A stretch of 64,000 bases of DNA from the human T2T-CHM13v2.0 reference genome, Homo sapiens, in the NCBI RefSeq assembly GCF_009914755.1, contig NC_060930.1. The stretch is one strand, 5' to 3'. Below are positions 1 through 14,180 of this stretch, one piece after another. Numbering within the stretch: position 1 is the stretch's first letter; each line of letters begins with the position of its first letter. Both the position numbers and the translations under genes were made by a program. The notes below the pieces were generated by a model, which saw nothing but the letters and a program-made list of their open reading frames with translations, did no database searches and had not been told where the DNA came from.

Positions 1-359
1 GACAGTAGATTGGAGCACTTGTGAGGCAGGGTCTCAGTTTCACAGACCTCTCTCATGACATATAAGCCCTCCCCCTTTCTTCCTTTGAACCCGTAGCACA
101 GAACATTGAGGCTTTCTCTCTAAGTAGAAGACAAGACCTGGATTCAGCCAGGGAGCTCACAGGATGTGTAGGGGGCAAGGGCAGGGTGATGTCTGTGCCT
201 TGAAGATGGCATTGGGTCTTTCAGCTGCTGTTGTCTAGCATCCCTTCCCTCTGAGAGGCCGCTGTGGGTTATGCACAGCCCCTGTAGGGACGTGGTGTGT
301 CACTGCTATCTATCCCTATGCCATGGGGTTTTTAAGACCCGTGCTCTTCCTGGCAACAG

Positions 360-521
360 GGAACGCCTAAGCTGTTAAGGACCAGCGAGTGCGACTTTGT
401 GTTCGAATGGGAGACTCCTGTCGTCTGTCCTGATGAAGTGAGGATGGATGGCTGTACCCTGACAGATGAGCAGCTCCTCTACAGCTTCAACTTGTCCAGC
501 CTTTCCACGAGCACCTTTAAG
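360..521 (+). CDS. IGF2R: IGF2R exon ~37 (MRH domain 12/13; [54 protein letters not shown])
   Basis: cag|G at 360, AAG|gtaatg at 521; 162 nt, phase 0-0; CI-MPR repeat motif C.FVFEW.TP.VC. Confidence 0.95.
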
Positions 522-1738
522 GTAATGCGTTCACCCTGGGCGTTGCTGGTGCAGGTGTACCAGGTGCCAGGTGCTGTGAGGCTGCTGGGAGTGTTTTGGA
601 TAATGTGGTACCTGTGAGCTGAGAGGGTGTATGTGGCCACTGGGCAGCATCTTGGTGCTCTCGTAGGGCATGCCAGGTCTCAGGAAGGTTCTTGGATTGC
701 GTGGCCAACTCAGCGCAGCTGACACTTGCGTTGTACCTCATGGCTCTGCACTTAACGCTTTTTGATGATAAGTAACCTCATGAGGCGGGTAGTGGGACCC
801 TTTGTATCAGACAGAGGGCAGGTGGGGCAGCCCGGAGACATGAATGTAAGGTATCCATGGGGGCAGGGCCAGCTCCTGGGTGGCTGAAATCTACAGGGAT
901 TTAATTCCTCCAACCTGGTTGAAGATGATCAAGGCAGTTGTTTGCTGATTGTGGCAGCTTTGGGAAGAGGGAGGTAGGAGGTGCCCTGGAATTGAGAGGC
1001 ACTTGGGCATGTGCCTCCATGCCATGCCAGAGCCCTGGCGTGTGCTGATTCTTTGGGCTGCTGGTCTTACTGATGTGGTGTCGTGGTCACTGGTGCCTGG
1101 GGGCCCCTGACTCCCTAAGCCTAGATATCTAGATGTTACCATGCCAGTGCCTGGACTGGGGTACGGAACCCCAGCACCTGCTGTGGCACGGCGGCTGGTG
1201 AGTGATGAGCCTGGAGTTTTGGGCCCAGGTGTCAACACCCTGGCTCCTGTGATGGAGCCCTCTGCCTGGGTACAGGTCCTCCCGACAGGTGTGCAGTAGG
1301 TGTGAGCCTTCTGGGCGCTGGGTGGGCCAGGAGAGTCAGGTCCATGCTTCAGCGTGCAGCGTCGGCTCTGCTCATTCACTCACTTGGCCCGCACAATGTC
1401 TTATTACACAGGTGAGGGAGGTGGGGTGACCCCACTGCTGGGTCCCTTCTCACTGGGCTCTGACTGGAGACGACAGCCAGAGCAGTGGCTGGCTGGCAGG
1501 GGTGGCCGAGGCCCCCAGCAGGGAGCAGGAGGAGCAAGCAAGCTGGGCCTAGGGGTTGGGGGAGGCCCCCCAGGGAAAGCCTAGGGCCAAGGCGATTGCG
1601 TGGCTCTGATGCACACAGAGGAGTCTTTGCTCTTCCTCATGAACCTGCCTCCAGCATCAGCTGCAATAGTGGTTCTCTCTTCACTTTGAGACCTGGGTGC
1701 TGCCACTCTGCTGACGGCCACGCATGGTTTTTGTCCAG

Positions 1739-1946
1739 GTGACTCGCGACTCGCGCACCTACAGCGTTGGGGTGTGCACCTTTGCAGTCGGGCCAGAACA
1801 AGGAGGCTGTAAGGACGGAGGAGTCTGTCTGCTCTCAGGCACCAAGGGGGCATCCTTTGGACGGCTGCAATCAATGAAACTGGATTACAGGCACCAGGAT
1901 GAAGCGGTCGTTTTAAGTTACGTGAATGGTGATCGTTGCCCTCCAG
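1739..1946 (+). CDS. IGF2R: IGF2R exon ~38 (domain 13; [13 protein letters not shown]...NGDRCPP)
   Basis: ccag|GT at 1739, CCAG|gtaaat at 1946; 208 nt; frame matches ORF 1724-1963. Confidence 0.95.
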
Positions 1947-2287
1947 GTAAATATTTGCAATGAGGTAAATAAACTTCAAGCTCATAGTAAACTAGAAATT
2001 AGACATAGCAGCAGAAAGAAGCTGCGGAGTGGAGCTCCACGGTCCTATGAGTGCTGTAACCTTGGGCGTGAATGTGAGCTGTTCCTCTGTACACCCCCGG
2101 TGTGAATGCTGGTGTGTGAATCACGCTGTGTTCTCTCAGTTGCCTGGTGAGTTTTGGCAGGTGAATGCCGGTTGTCACGTAGGTGCTTTAGGATGGGCAG
2201 CTTCCTTAGGGACTGCTGCTGCATTCTGAGGTGATTGTGCCTGGCGAGGCACAGCTGCCACACTGATAATGTTCTTCTTCTTTCCAG

Positions 2288-2434
2288 AAACCGATGACGG
2301 CGTCCCCTGTGTCTTCCCCTTCATATTCAATGGGAAGAGCTACGAGGAGTGCATCATAGAGAGCAGGGCGAAGCTGTGGTGTAGCACAACTGCGGACTAC
2401 GACAGAGACCACGAGTGGGGCTTCTGCAGACACT
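2288..2434 (+). CDS. IGF2R: IGF2R exon ~39, fibronectin type II insert of domain 13 ([49 protein letters not shown])
   Basis: Pyrimidine tract + ccag at 2287, T|gtgagt; FN2 signature CVFPF..WCSTT.DYD.D..WGFC; 147 nt, phase 1-1. Confidence 0.96.
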
Positions 2435-2994
2435 GTGAGTAGGACGGCTCCGCGTCCCCACATGGCCTGGGGCCTTGATACTGTCAAGGCTCGATTCACA
2501 CTGAGACCTTTGTGGATGCCCCAGTCAGTGGCAGGAATTCTCTTGCATAAAATATTTTCTTACTCGGGCTGTTTCCCACAGAGAAACGTTTGAATTGCTC
2601 TGTGGGATTGCTGGGTAACCGTATCTACAGACCGTGGTAGAGCTGCCGTGAGATGCTGTGCTGGGTGGCTGGCTAGGCCCACTCACTAGCTGGAGGGCCT
2701 TGTGTCCACATACCAGGTTTTAGCCCTGGTGGTTCAGATTATGCCTCAGGAAAATGAATGTCTGCTATGGGTCTTCAGGATTCTGAAGCTAGTGAGGATT
2801 CCGGTAAACCAGGCGACTCATTTATTGACTTTCTGCCATGTGGCAGCCCAGGTGGGGATGGAGGTTTCTTGGTGAGCCACACTCAGTGCCTTGCCCCTGC
2901 GGTGCTCAGGAAGTTTCATGAGAGGAGCCAACTGCTGTGACTTGTGTCTACGGACCGTGAGATGAGGGAAATGCATGAAAAATTACTAATTTTT

Positions 2995-4305
<1,311 letters not shown>

Positions 4306-4469
4306 GTCCAGGGACCAAAATGGGATGTATTAAGGAACCAAACGTGTTAAATTTACGAAGGATTGCTATAGCTTTGTTTTGAGGCTTATTTTGACAAAAC
4401 GTTATTCCCTATTTTCTGAATCACACTCCTGTTTTCAAGTACTTGTAGGTATTACATTATTATCTTAAA

Positions 4470-4765
<296 letters not shown>

Positions 4766-5067
4766 TATCTTATTTTTTTTCGTGATCATTAGTAGATTGG
4801 TCAAATATTGAATACCCGTGTGAGGAATCACCTAGGGCTGTGGGGTTATTAAGAAGTACGATGAAAGGCTGTGTGCCAAGGAGCTGGGTCTATTTGGAGT
4901 CAGGATACACATGAGTGAATCAACATGAGATGTGGCCAGGGCAGCACGTGGTGTGTTGCCAGATGGCGGTTGGAGTCTGCAGGTGCTCCTGAGGCAGCAT
5001 GGGGAAGGCGTGCAGGAACGTGCCCTGGTGCAGGCCTTGGTCTGACATTCTCCCGCCTCTGCTCCCC

Positions 5068-6098
5068 TGAAGGGGTGGCCTGCCCCTCCACACTTGTGGG
5101 TATTTCTAGTCGGGTGGGATGAGAGACTGAGAAAAGAAATAAGACACAGAGACAAAGTATAGAGAAACAACAGTGGGCCCAGGGGACCGGCACTCAGCAC
5201 ACCAAGGACCTGCACCGGCATCGGCCTCTGAGTTCCCTCAGTTTTTATTGATTATTATTTTCATTATTTTAGCAAAAAAGGAATGTAGTAGGAGAGCAGG
5301 GTGATGATAAGGAGAAGGTCAACAAAAAACATGTGAGCAAAAGAATCTATATCATAATTAAGTTTAAGGGATGGTACTATGCCTGGACATGCACATAGGC
5401 CAAATTTATGTTTCTCCCCACCCAAACATCTCAGCGGAGTAAAGAATAACAAGGCAGCATTACTGCAAACGTGTCTCGCCTCCCGCCACAGGGCAGCTTT
5501 TCTCCTATCTCAGAGTTGAACAAATGTACAATCGGGTTTTATACCGAGACATTCAGTTCCCAGGGGCAAGCAGGAGAAAGTGGCCTTCCTCCATCTCACC
5601 TGCAAGAGGCTTTCCTCTTTTACTAATCCACCTCAGCACAGACCCTTTACGGGTGTCAGGCTGGGGGACAGTCAGGTCTTTCTCATCCCACGAGGCCATA
5701 TTTCAGACTATCACATGGGGAGAAACCTTGGACAATACCCAGCTTTCCAGGGCAGAGGTCCCTGCGGCCTTCCGCAGTGCATTGTGCCCCTGGTTTATTG
5801 AGACTAGAGAATGGCAATGACTTTTACCGAGTATACTGCTTATAAACATTTTGTTAACAAGGCACGTCCTTCACAGCCCTAGATCCCTTAAACCTTAATT
5901 TTATACAACACATATTTTTGTGAGCTCCAAGTTGGGTCAAAGTGGCTGGGGCAGAGTGGCTGGGGCAAAGCTACAAATTAACAACATCTCAGCAAAGCAA
6001 TTGTTTAAAGTACAGGGCTTTTTCAAAATGGAGTCTCTTATGTCTTCCCTTTCTGCATAGACACAGTGACAGTCTGATCTCTCTCTCTTTTCCCTACA
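5068..6098 (-). mobile_element. HERV-K (HML-2) LTR5 solo LTR, probably LTR5A
   Basis: Minus strand begins TGTAGGGAAAAGAGAGAGAGATCAGACTG and ends ACCCCTTCA; 1031 bp; TATA-like TATAAAA near 5540; 6-bp TSD CTCCCC at 5062-5067 and 6099-6104. Confidence 0.9.
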
Positions 6099-6106
6099 CT
6101 CCCCAG

Positions 6107-6341
6107 CAAACAGCTACCGGACATCCAGCATCATATTTAAGTGTGATGAAGATGAGGACATTGGGAGGCCACAAGTCTTCAGTGAAGTGCGTGGGTGTGA
6201 TGTGACATTTGAGTGGAAAACAAAAGTTGTCTGCCCTCCAAAGAAGTTGGAGTGCAAATTCGTCCAGAAACACAAAACCTACGACCTGCGGCTGCTCTCC
6301 TCTCTCACCGGGTCCTGGTCCCTGGTCCACAACGGAGTCTC
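6107..6341 (+). CDS. IGF2R: IGF2R exon ~40 ([79 protein letters not shown])
   Basis: ccccag| at 6106, TC|gtgagt at 6341; 235 nt; hand translation continues in frame from exon 39. Confidence 0.95.
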
Positions 6342-7151
6342 GTGAGTGCCTTCCCAGTCCACCCGCGGCGCCACACCCTCAGCATGTGAACTTCAGACTG
6401 CTTGACGATGGTTGGCTCTTTTGGGTTCTCAAGATGGGAATACTATGCCCATGTGAGGCTGATGGTGGTTGAGTTGTGACTGTTCCTGGAAGCAGCCCGC
6501 AGTGTCAATCCTGGCACAGAGGGTGGTTCTGAGGTCAGAGTGGGGGCAGGAGCTTTGGTGACTGGAAACGGAGCCTCTGGAGCTGGAAGAACCTGGGCGG
6601 ACTGAGTTAGGCTGGGTTTGATTTGCGTTTGTGTGTAGCTCAGGTTGTGGGAGGCGTGTGGGTTTTCTCGGGTCTTTGGCAGGAGCTCCTTAGGCTTTGC
6701 TGGCTGGGGTCAGCCCATGGTCCTGACCACTCTGCGTGGGGAGCGCCCGCTTGGCCAGGTGCTCCTGCAAGACATCACCGAGGAGCAGGGGCATGGACTC
6801 ACAGGGTTTAAGTGGTTCTAAGTGAGGTGGGAAACTTGCCGAGATTCTAGCCACTGCCTCTCCCAGCCCCGGAGCCCTTCTTTCTACTGTACCACGCTGT
6901 GTCCAGGGTGGCCGCAGGTGTGGACATTCCACTCCGCGTGTGTCTGGTTGGTGAGCTCCCTTCTTCAGTGAAGACTTCTTTTGCCCTTTTTTTTTTTAAT
7001 TGGAAAAGCTATTTTAGTGCTACATTCAGTGATGGAATGGAGCCCTTAGTTATCAGAACCTTTCTCTGAAAGTAAAGTGAAGAGCCCTCCTGTGTCAGGG
7101 CAGAGACGTCACTTGCATGCCTTTTACCTGCCCCTTTGTGTCGTTTTCTAG

Positions 7152-7288
7152 GTACTATATAAATCTGTGCCAGAAAATATATAAAGGGCCCCTGGGCTGC
7201 TCTGAAAGGGCCAGCATTTGCAGAAGGACCACAACTGGTGACGTCCAGGTCCTGGGACTCGTTCACACGCAGAAGCTGGGTGTCATAG
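7152..7288 (+). CDS. IGF2R: IGF2R exon ~41 ([45 protein letters not shown])
   Basis: tag|G at 7152, G|gtaagg; 137 nt; ORF 7117-7347. Confidence 0.95.
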
Positions 7289-9706
7289 GTAAGGCCTGTG
7301 GGTCCTGGTCCTTGGTTCAAGGAGCAGCATCTGAACCGGGAAGGTGAGGGTGTTCTCAGGATGGCAAGGAGAGTGAGCATGTGCTTTGGTGGAAACCTCC
7401 AGATATGATTGCCTGTCACTGTCTCACAGGCATTTTGGCTCTCCTGGCACATTAAAATAAGTGCTGCTTTGTATTATATGAGACTGCAGGTCCTAGTCTG
7501 TGTGTTTAGAGGGGTTGGGCTATCTCGGGGAAGTGCGTCTATCCAGGAGGAAGTCTCAGAATGTTCAGAGTTCCTCTGAAGTTCACGTTCTAGCTGTAGA
7601 TCAAGTGCCTAAATTGGCATAAACACACGTGTTTGTTTAGGAAAGCCAAACAGTTGCATGAGGACTTGGTACAGGTAGTTCAGAGGTACATCTTTGTAAA
7701 ATGTCTTAACAATTTTTCACGGGAAATTGATCTTGTACTTGGTTGCTGAGTGAAAGTTGTTTTCTTTCATTATTTAAAGGAGGAAAATAGAGGTTTCTTA
7801 GTAAGAGCAATTAGGATTTGTTGGAGGGACCAGTAAAGGAAAATATTCACCTTTGCCTCTTAGGCTGGAGTGGGGTTTCCCGAGTTGTCCTGATTCAGCC
7901 ACAGGGCTACTTCAGATTAGCTTGAGATGTTGAGATGGAGAAAGAGAATTCCGAGAAAACTACTGCCACCCTTGATAAAAATCACACACAGACTCTGCAG
8001 GTTGGTAGGTGGAGGGAGAGCTGCCATACAGGAAGTGGCGCCCAGACCGCCAGCCTGAGACCCGCCCTCCCTGGGAGGTTCTTACTGCTTTAGAGGTCAG
8101 TTATTGCTGCCACTCCCACACTGCCCCAGAAGGGGGAAGGAGGGAAGGTCGTGGAGGGTTGCTTTTTCCCCTGTAATCTTGCAGTATATATGGATATTCG
8201 ACTAGTCTTTCCCCAACTTCAGCCAACTGAAATGACTAAAACACTTAAGGCTTCCTAAAAGTTTGAGGCAGGAGGAGCAAAAGAGAGTAGTGAACACAGG
8301 GGGTGACATGGAACTAGATCATCTGACTTCTTAGCGGTGACCTGCAGGCCACCTCCATTTGGAGAGCACCATTTTGCAAGTCCAGCCTCGCCTGGCGGGA
8401 AGAGCTCATGCTTTCTCCTGGGGCTGGCATTTGGCATCCTGAGCACCTGCTGACCGGAACGAGAAATAATCTGGTGTCTGACACCAAATGAGCTCTTAAT
8501 CTTTGGCGCCAACAAGACAGCATCTAAGGACAACCACGGTGCCCCCATTGTCCGCTTAGGGAATGGACCCCTGTTGGGGTGGGAGGTAGACTTTTTGTTT
8601 TCGGAACCAACATGTCTCAAGCAGCTGTGCTTAATATATGTTTAATCCCCATCCACTCCATGGGGCAGCGTTGTCATCCGTTTCACAGGCTGGGCCCCTG
8701 AGCCGAGGAGGTTGAGCCTCCTGCCCAATCAGTAAGGGCTGTCTACACTATTAAAGTTTTTTCTTGTTTGATCCCATATGCCAGAAGTTTTAAAAATTTT
8801 CCGTAAAACAGTGGAATTCTTTTTTCCAAAATTTTACACAGAAGCCCAATATTTAAAACAAATTCAGCTGGAGCAGCTTTGAGTTTGGGGCAGGCCTGAG
8901 AGCCTAGAGTCCCACCTCCCACCTCACCATCCAGCAGCCCTCAGTACCTCAGCCTGTGTCCTGTGGAAAACACTCGGGAAGTGAGCACTGTGCCCATGTT
9001 GCCTCCACCGCATGCCCCTGCCTGGAAGGATCTGTGTGTGTGTGGTCAGGGTGGAAGGCACCTGCTTCCCCTGGACACCCTGCGCCATGCCCTGGAGACA
9101 TCATCTGTCCATGCAGCCAGGCTGGGCCCAGACCGTTCCCAGAACAGCCCCCTGCGCAGCCACAAGCAGCCTCTTGGTGGTGGCTTGAGAGTTGGAACCT
9201 GGCGGCCATGCTGCCCCAGTGATACCTGCAGCTTAAAGCATGTACTCACTTTTCTCTCAGACCCTGCGGGTTCGAGGGCTCAGGTTTTTCTTTTAACGGG
9301 TCACTTTTAAAAGCAGACAGTGCTCGACTGAAAGCTAGAAGACCCTAGAAAACCACAGTTGGTTTCTGTTTCTGGCTTTTCACTTTTTCCATTCTGTGCT
9401 CTGTTATTACTGGGAGGCTCACATGAGGGTACCTGTCAGGAAAGCACCTAATATGATAGAGAGAGTTTACACAATTGGAGCGATAATGAAGGCTGCCATT
9501 ACCCGGGGTCCCACTGTTCACATGAGTTTGTTGGGCACTTTCTATACATGCCCGAAACCTGCCCACTTTGGACAGTGCCCTGTTCTGCAGGTAAGGCCCT
9601 CAAGGCTCAGAAGCTCAGCAACCCAGGGCCACAAAGTACGGGAGTAGGAGGGTTTGGGTTTGACCCCAGGTCTTAGGCTGTGACAATTGTGCAGTGGGCC
9701 AGGTGA

Positions 9707-10132
<426 letters not shown>

Positions 10133-10189
10133 TGAGGCTTTTTATAATGCACTAGAAATAATGTCAGTTCAATCATTTGTGTGTTTCAG

Positions 10190-10304
10190 GTGACAAAGTT
10201 GTTGTCACGTACTCCAAAGGTTATCCGTGTGGTGGAAATAAGACCGCATCCTCCGTGATAGAATTGACCTGTACAAAGACGGTGGGCAGACCTGCATTCA
10301 AGAG
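10190..10304 (+). CDS. IGF2R: IGF2R exon ~42 ([39 protein letters not shown])
   Basis: ttcag|G at 10190, AG|gtcagg; 115 nt. Confidence 0.94.
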
Positions 10305-11263
10305 GTCAGGAGACTGGGGGCTCAGAGCGGGACTGTGCAGTGAGCATACTGGAGGGAATTCCTCCTTGGGGTTTTCATGGGCAGGTTTTGGCTGAGTCTT
10401 AGGAGCTCAGGGCCAGAGCCGCTGATTGTGCTGTATTGGGCGGGGCTGCTCCAGGCAGGGAAGACCTCCAGATACAGTGCTGAGACACTGTTACAAGACC
10501 AGTGCAACTTCTCTGGGCTAGCTTGTCTCTTGAACTAGGTTTAGCACTGGCTGAGCAGTACTTAACTGACCTCTACCTTTGAATGTCATAGTAGAAACAA
10601 AGGGGCGTGGATTTGTCCCACCCGAGGTGTTCAAGCAGCCTGGCTGGGACCCTCGAGCAGCTGGGACCTGCATCTGGACCTGGGATGTGCTTGGATTATA
10701 TTCAAGTTTTCCCGGCCACATTGCATCTGGTGCCAGGGAGAGCTTGGCCAACAGAGGGTGCATGTGAGCTGCTGTTTGTGAACAGAACTGATTCCTTCCA
10801 GACGCTGAGTTTGGAAAAGGGGTGACTCAGAAATTGCCAAAGGATTTATGAATGTATGAGTCTGAGAAGCTTAAACAAAAATCTAAAAATCTAGGAGCAA
10901 ATTTTCCAGGTTTTGAATGTTGCACGGTTTACAAATTTTAAAAAATTTATATTGAATGCTTGCCTGCTTTGTCACATTACTGATGTGTGCACCACAGTCA
11001 TCTTCCCTGTCCATTGTGGTGATGAAAAGAAGTGAGTAAAATAACCACCCTCGCTCCGAGCTGCCGTCAGTGTTGAGTCGGGAAATTCTGCCTAGGCCTG
11101 CGCAGCCCGGGGAGTGGGGGCCTCGGGACCCAACTGAAGTCTCGCAGCACCTTGACTGAAAGCCAGTGAGCTGCTTCAAGGGCTCCGCAGTGTTCATTGT
11201 TTTGCAGTCTTCCCTTATGTCTGGCTGGGGAAGTGACTGTAGCCTGTGCTTCCCTCCTCCTAG

Positions 11264-11410
11264 GTTTGATATCGACAGCTGCACTTACTACTTCAGCTGG
11301 GACTCCCGGGCTGCCTGCGCCGTGAAGCCTCAGGAGGTGCAGATGGTGAATGGGACCATCACCAACCCTATAAATGGCAAGAGCTTCAGCCTCGGAGATA
11401 TTTATTTTAA
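11264..11410 (+). CDS. IGF2R: IGF2R exon ~43 ([49 protein letters not shown])
   Basis: cctag|G at 11264, AA|gtaagt; 147 nt. Confidence 0.95.
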
Positions 11411-12072
11411 GTAAGTAAAACGTTTTCCTTCTGAGCTGTGAAATGTGTTCAAAATTAAACCAGCAATGCCGCTCTTTCCCTATCGGGGAGCACTGCAGGA
11501 TAAATAGGTCTGTGTTTTAGTTACTGTTGCTGGAGTCATCGTCATCTTTTGCTTAAACTGAGGAAAAGCGTTACTCAATCATTAAGTTTTAACACCAAAG
11601 ATGGTGAATTCTCATGAGTGTAAAAATAAATCCCCCGTCCTTCTCCCTCTCTTCATGATAATCTCAGGGGTTGAAGCCGAAGCCTTCTGACATGTTTGAG
11701 CAGGAATCTTCTGGGCTTACCAGTGTTTAGAAAATAAGTTTCTCAGCAGTGTTACTGGGGCTGCTCTTGGGGGTGGTGGCCGAGGTGCACAGACAGGGCG
11801 AGGGCCGTGTGGTGCTGGATACGGCACCTGAGGAAGGTGGATTAGCACTCAGAGGCCAGAACTGGTTGGGGAGAAAGCCTCTTGAGAGGGAAACTGGTGT
11901 CCTCAGAATTGCTGTGGGGTCACAGACGTGCTGCCCTAGCGTGTCCGTGCTTCCTTTCCCTAGGAAAGGAAGCATCCTGGGGCCCTGCAGTGATTCTGAG
12001 GACTGAGGGTTTATGTCATGAATGCCTTCTTGAAGGACTTCCATGTCACTGTGATCTTTTCTGTCTCTTCAG

Positions 12073-12260
12073 GCTGTTCAGAGCCTCTGGGGACATGAGG
12101 ACCAATGGGGACAACTACCTGTATGAGATCCAACTTTCCTCCATCACAAGCTCCAGAAACCCGGCGTGCTCTGGAGCCAACATATGCCAGGTGAAGCCCA
12201 ACGATCAGCACTTCAGTCGGAAAGTTGGAACCTCTGACAAGACCAAGTACTACCTTCAAG
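12073..12260 (+). CDS. IGF2R: IGF2R exon ~44 (domain 15; [62 protein letters not shown])
   Basis: ttcag|G at 12073, G|gtaatc; 188 nt. Confidence 0.95.
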
Positions 12261-12974
12261 GTAATCCGTGGCTTCCCACAAAGTTCCACATTTAACTTCC
12301 TCCAAGGAAGGGGATTAAAATTTTCAACTAACTCCCTTCAGTTGAAATCTCGGACCACTTTTAAAACAAAAACCATGGTCTAATTCTTTACTTTGTTATG
12401 AATTTCTTGACAGTGGATTGAGCGATACGTGTCAGAACTAAGCATTTCACTGTAGGCAAATTGTGTCTTAGTTATCAAGTAAATGTACAAAAAAACTAAA
12501 ACCTGGTCTGATCCAGTGGTTCTGAGGTTGGGTGGAGGCTGAGCTGTGCACAGTCAGAATTGCCTTTGATTTGGTTTTAACCATGACACTTCCTTATTTT
12601 GGAATGCCAAATAATATTAGAGAAGGGTAAGAGATTTTATATTTGTAAGAAGGATGAAAGGAAACTGGCCTAAATGTTAGGATGTAGGTTAAAATCAACC
12701 AGGACGCACATAGGGCAGAGTCCAGGGTGTGAAGGAAGGTTTTAAACTGGCACTAATAAGGGTGTTGCCCTTTGTTCCCTCACATAATCGTGAAAGGCTG
12801 CTTTTGTTTTGAACAGCTAGTCTTAACTATATACCTTTCATAATTTGATTTTTGAACCGTGTGTGGATGTAATAACTCTTTAAAAAAAAATGAAGTGTGT
12901 TTAAAGAAAACCCCAGCCTGCTCTGATGTCAAAGAGCTGCCGATCATGTCCTCTGGGAGGGGAGAGTAGTGATA

Positions 12975-13581
12975 GCTGAGAAGGAGCAGGTGCTCTGTGC
13001 CCTGGTGCTGAGCACATTGCCGAGAAGGAGCAGGTGCTCCGTGCCCTGGTGCTGAGCTCATCGCCGAGAAGGAGCAGGTGCTCCGTGCCCTGGTGCTGAG
13101 CGCATCGCCGAGAAGGAGCGGGTGCTCTGTGCCCTGGTGCTGAGCGCATCGCTGAGAAGGAGCGGGTGCTCTGTGCCCTGGTGCTGAGCGCATCGCTGAG
13201 AAGGAGCGGGTGCTCTGTGCCCTGGTGCGGCTGAGAAGGAGCGGGTGCTCCGTGCCCTGGTGCTGAGCACATCGCCGAGAAGGAGCAGGTGCTCCGTGCC
13301 CTGGTGCTGAGCACATCGCCGAGAAGGAGCAGGTGCTCCGTGCCCTGGTGCTGAGCGCATCGCCGAGAAGGAGCAGGTGCTCCGTGCCCTGGTGCTGAGC
13401 GCATCGCCGAGAAGGAGCAGGTGCTCCGTGCCCTGGTGCTGAGCGCATCGCCGAGAAGGAGCAGGTGCTCCGTGCCCTGGTGCTGAGCGCATCGCCGAGA
13501 AGGAGCAGGTGCTCTGTGCCCTGGTGCTGAGCGCATCGCCGAGAAGGAGCAGGTGCTCCGTGCCCTGGTGCTGAGTGCATC
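12975..13581. repeat. 44-bp GC/CpG-rich minisatellite, ~14 copies (one 35-bp short unit), IGF2R intron 44
   Basis: Unit CGAGAAGGAGCAGGTGCTCCGTGCCCTGGTGCTGAGCGCATCGC; starts at 13021, 13065, 13109 etc. Confidence 0.97.
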
Positions 13582-14180
13582 TCCACGACGGCAGCACCTG
13601 ATGGAGGGAAGCTGGGTCAGCATCGCTGCTCCTGGTCACAGATTGTAGACAGCGCCCTGGTGCATCTGCTCATAGCACCTGTGGCCCCTGAATAGAACTG
13701 GGAAAGTGAATGTTCTGCTTTCTGGGTGAGTTGATGATGGGAAAGTTGATCAGCCTCATTCACTTGCATAACTCCACAGCACGGAGCTAGCACTCTGTGT
13801 TTCTCTGTTCTCTGCCTTCCTCACACTTCGGTGAATCCTTCAGTCATTCAGAATCAGATGTTGCATGTCACAGGTTGTGCCTTCTCTTGCTGTCCTCTTT
13901 CCCAGTGCTCGGTAAATCTTGATTAAAGGAAGGAAGGAAGGATTGTTTCAGAAGCCTTCAGGGGCCCTATCATGCAGAGAAGGAAAGTCTAGGCTCTCTC
14001 TGACACAGCTTGAAGATGTCTGAGAGGCTCCCATGTACCAGGGTAGCCTTGCAAGCTGCTGCTCCTACACATGCCTCAGCCATCAGGTTATTCACTAGTT
14101 CCCAAAGTCACCCTGTAACCTGGTGGGTTTACATATGCTGCTCTTGGTGCTGGAATGCCTTGGCCCACCTTCCTCATCCT

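Noticed and set aside
1121-1132. 12-bp perfect palindrome CTAGATATCTAG
   Set aside because: Expected by chance in 64 kb; no supporting context.
12780-13639. Three long minus-strand ORFs (193-268 aa) with repetitive peptides
   Set aside because: By-product of the stop-poor 44-bp VNTR; the same peptides rotate through all frames.
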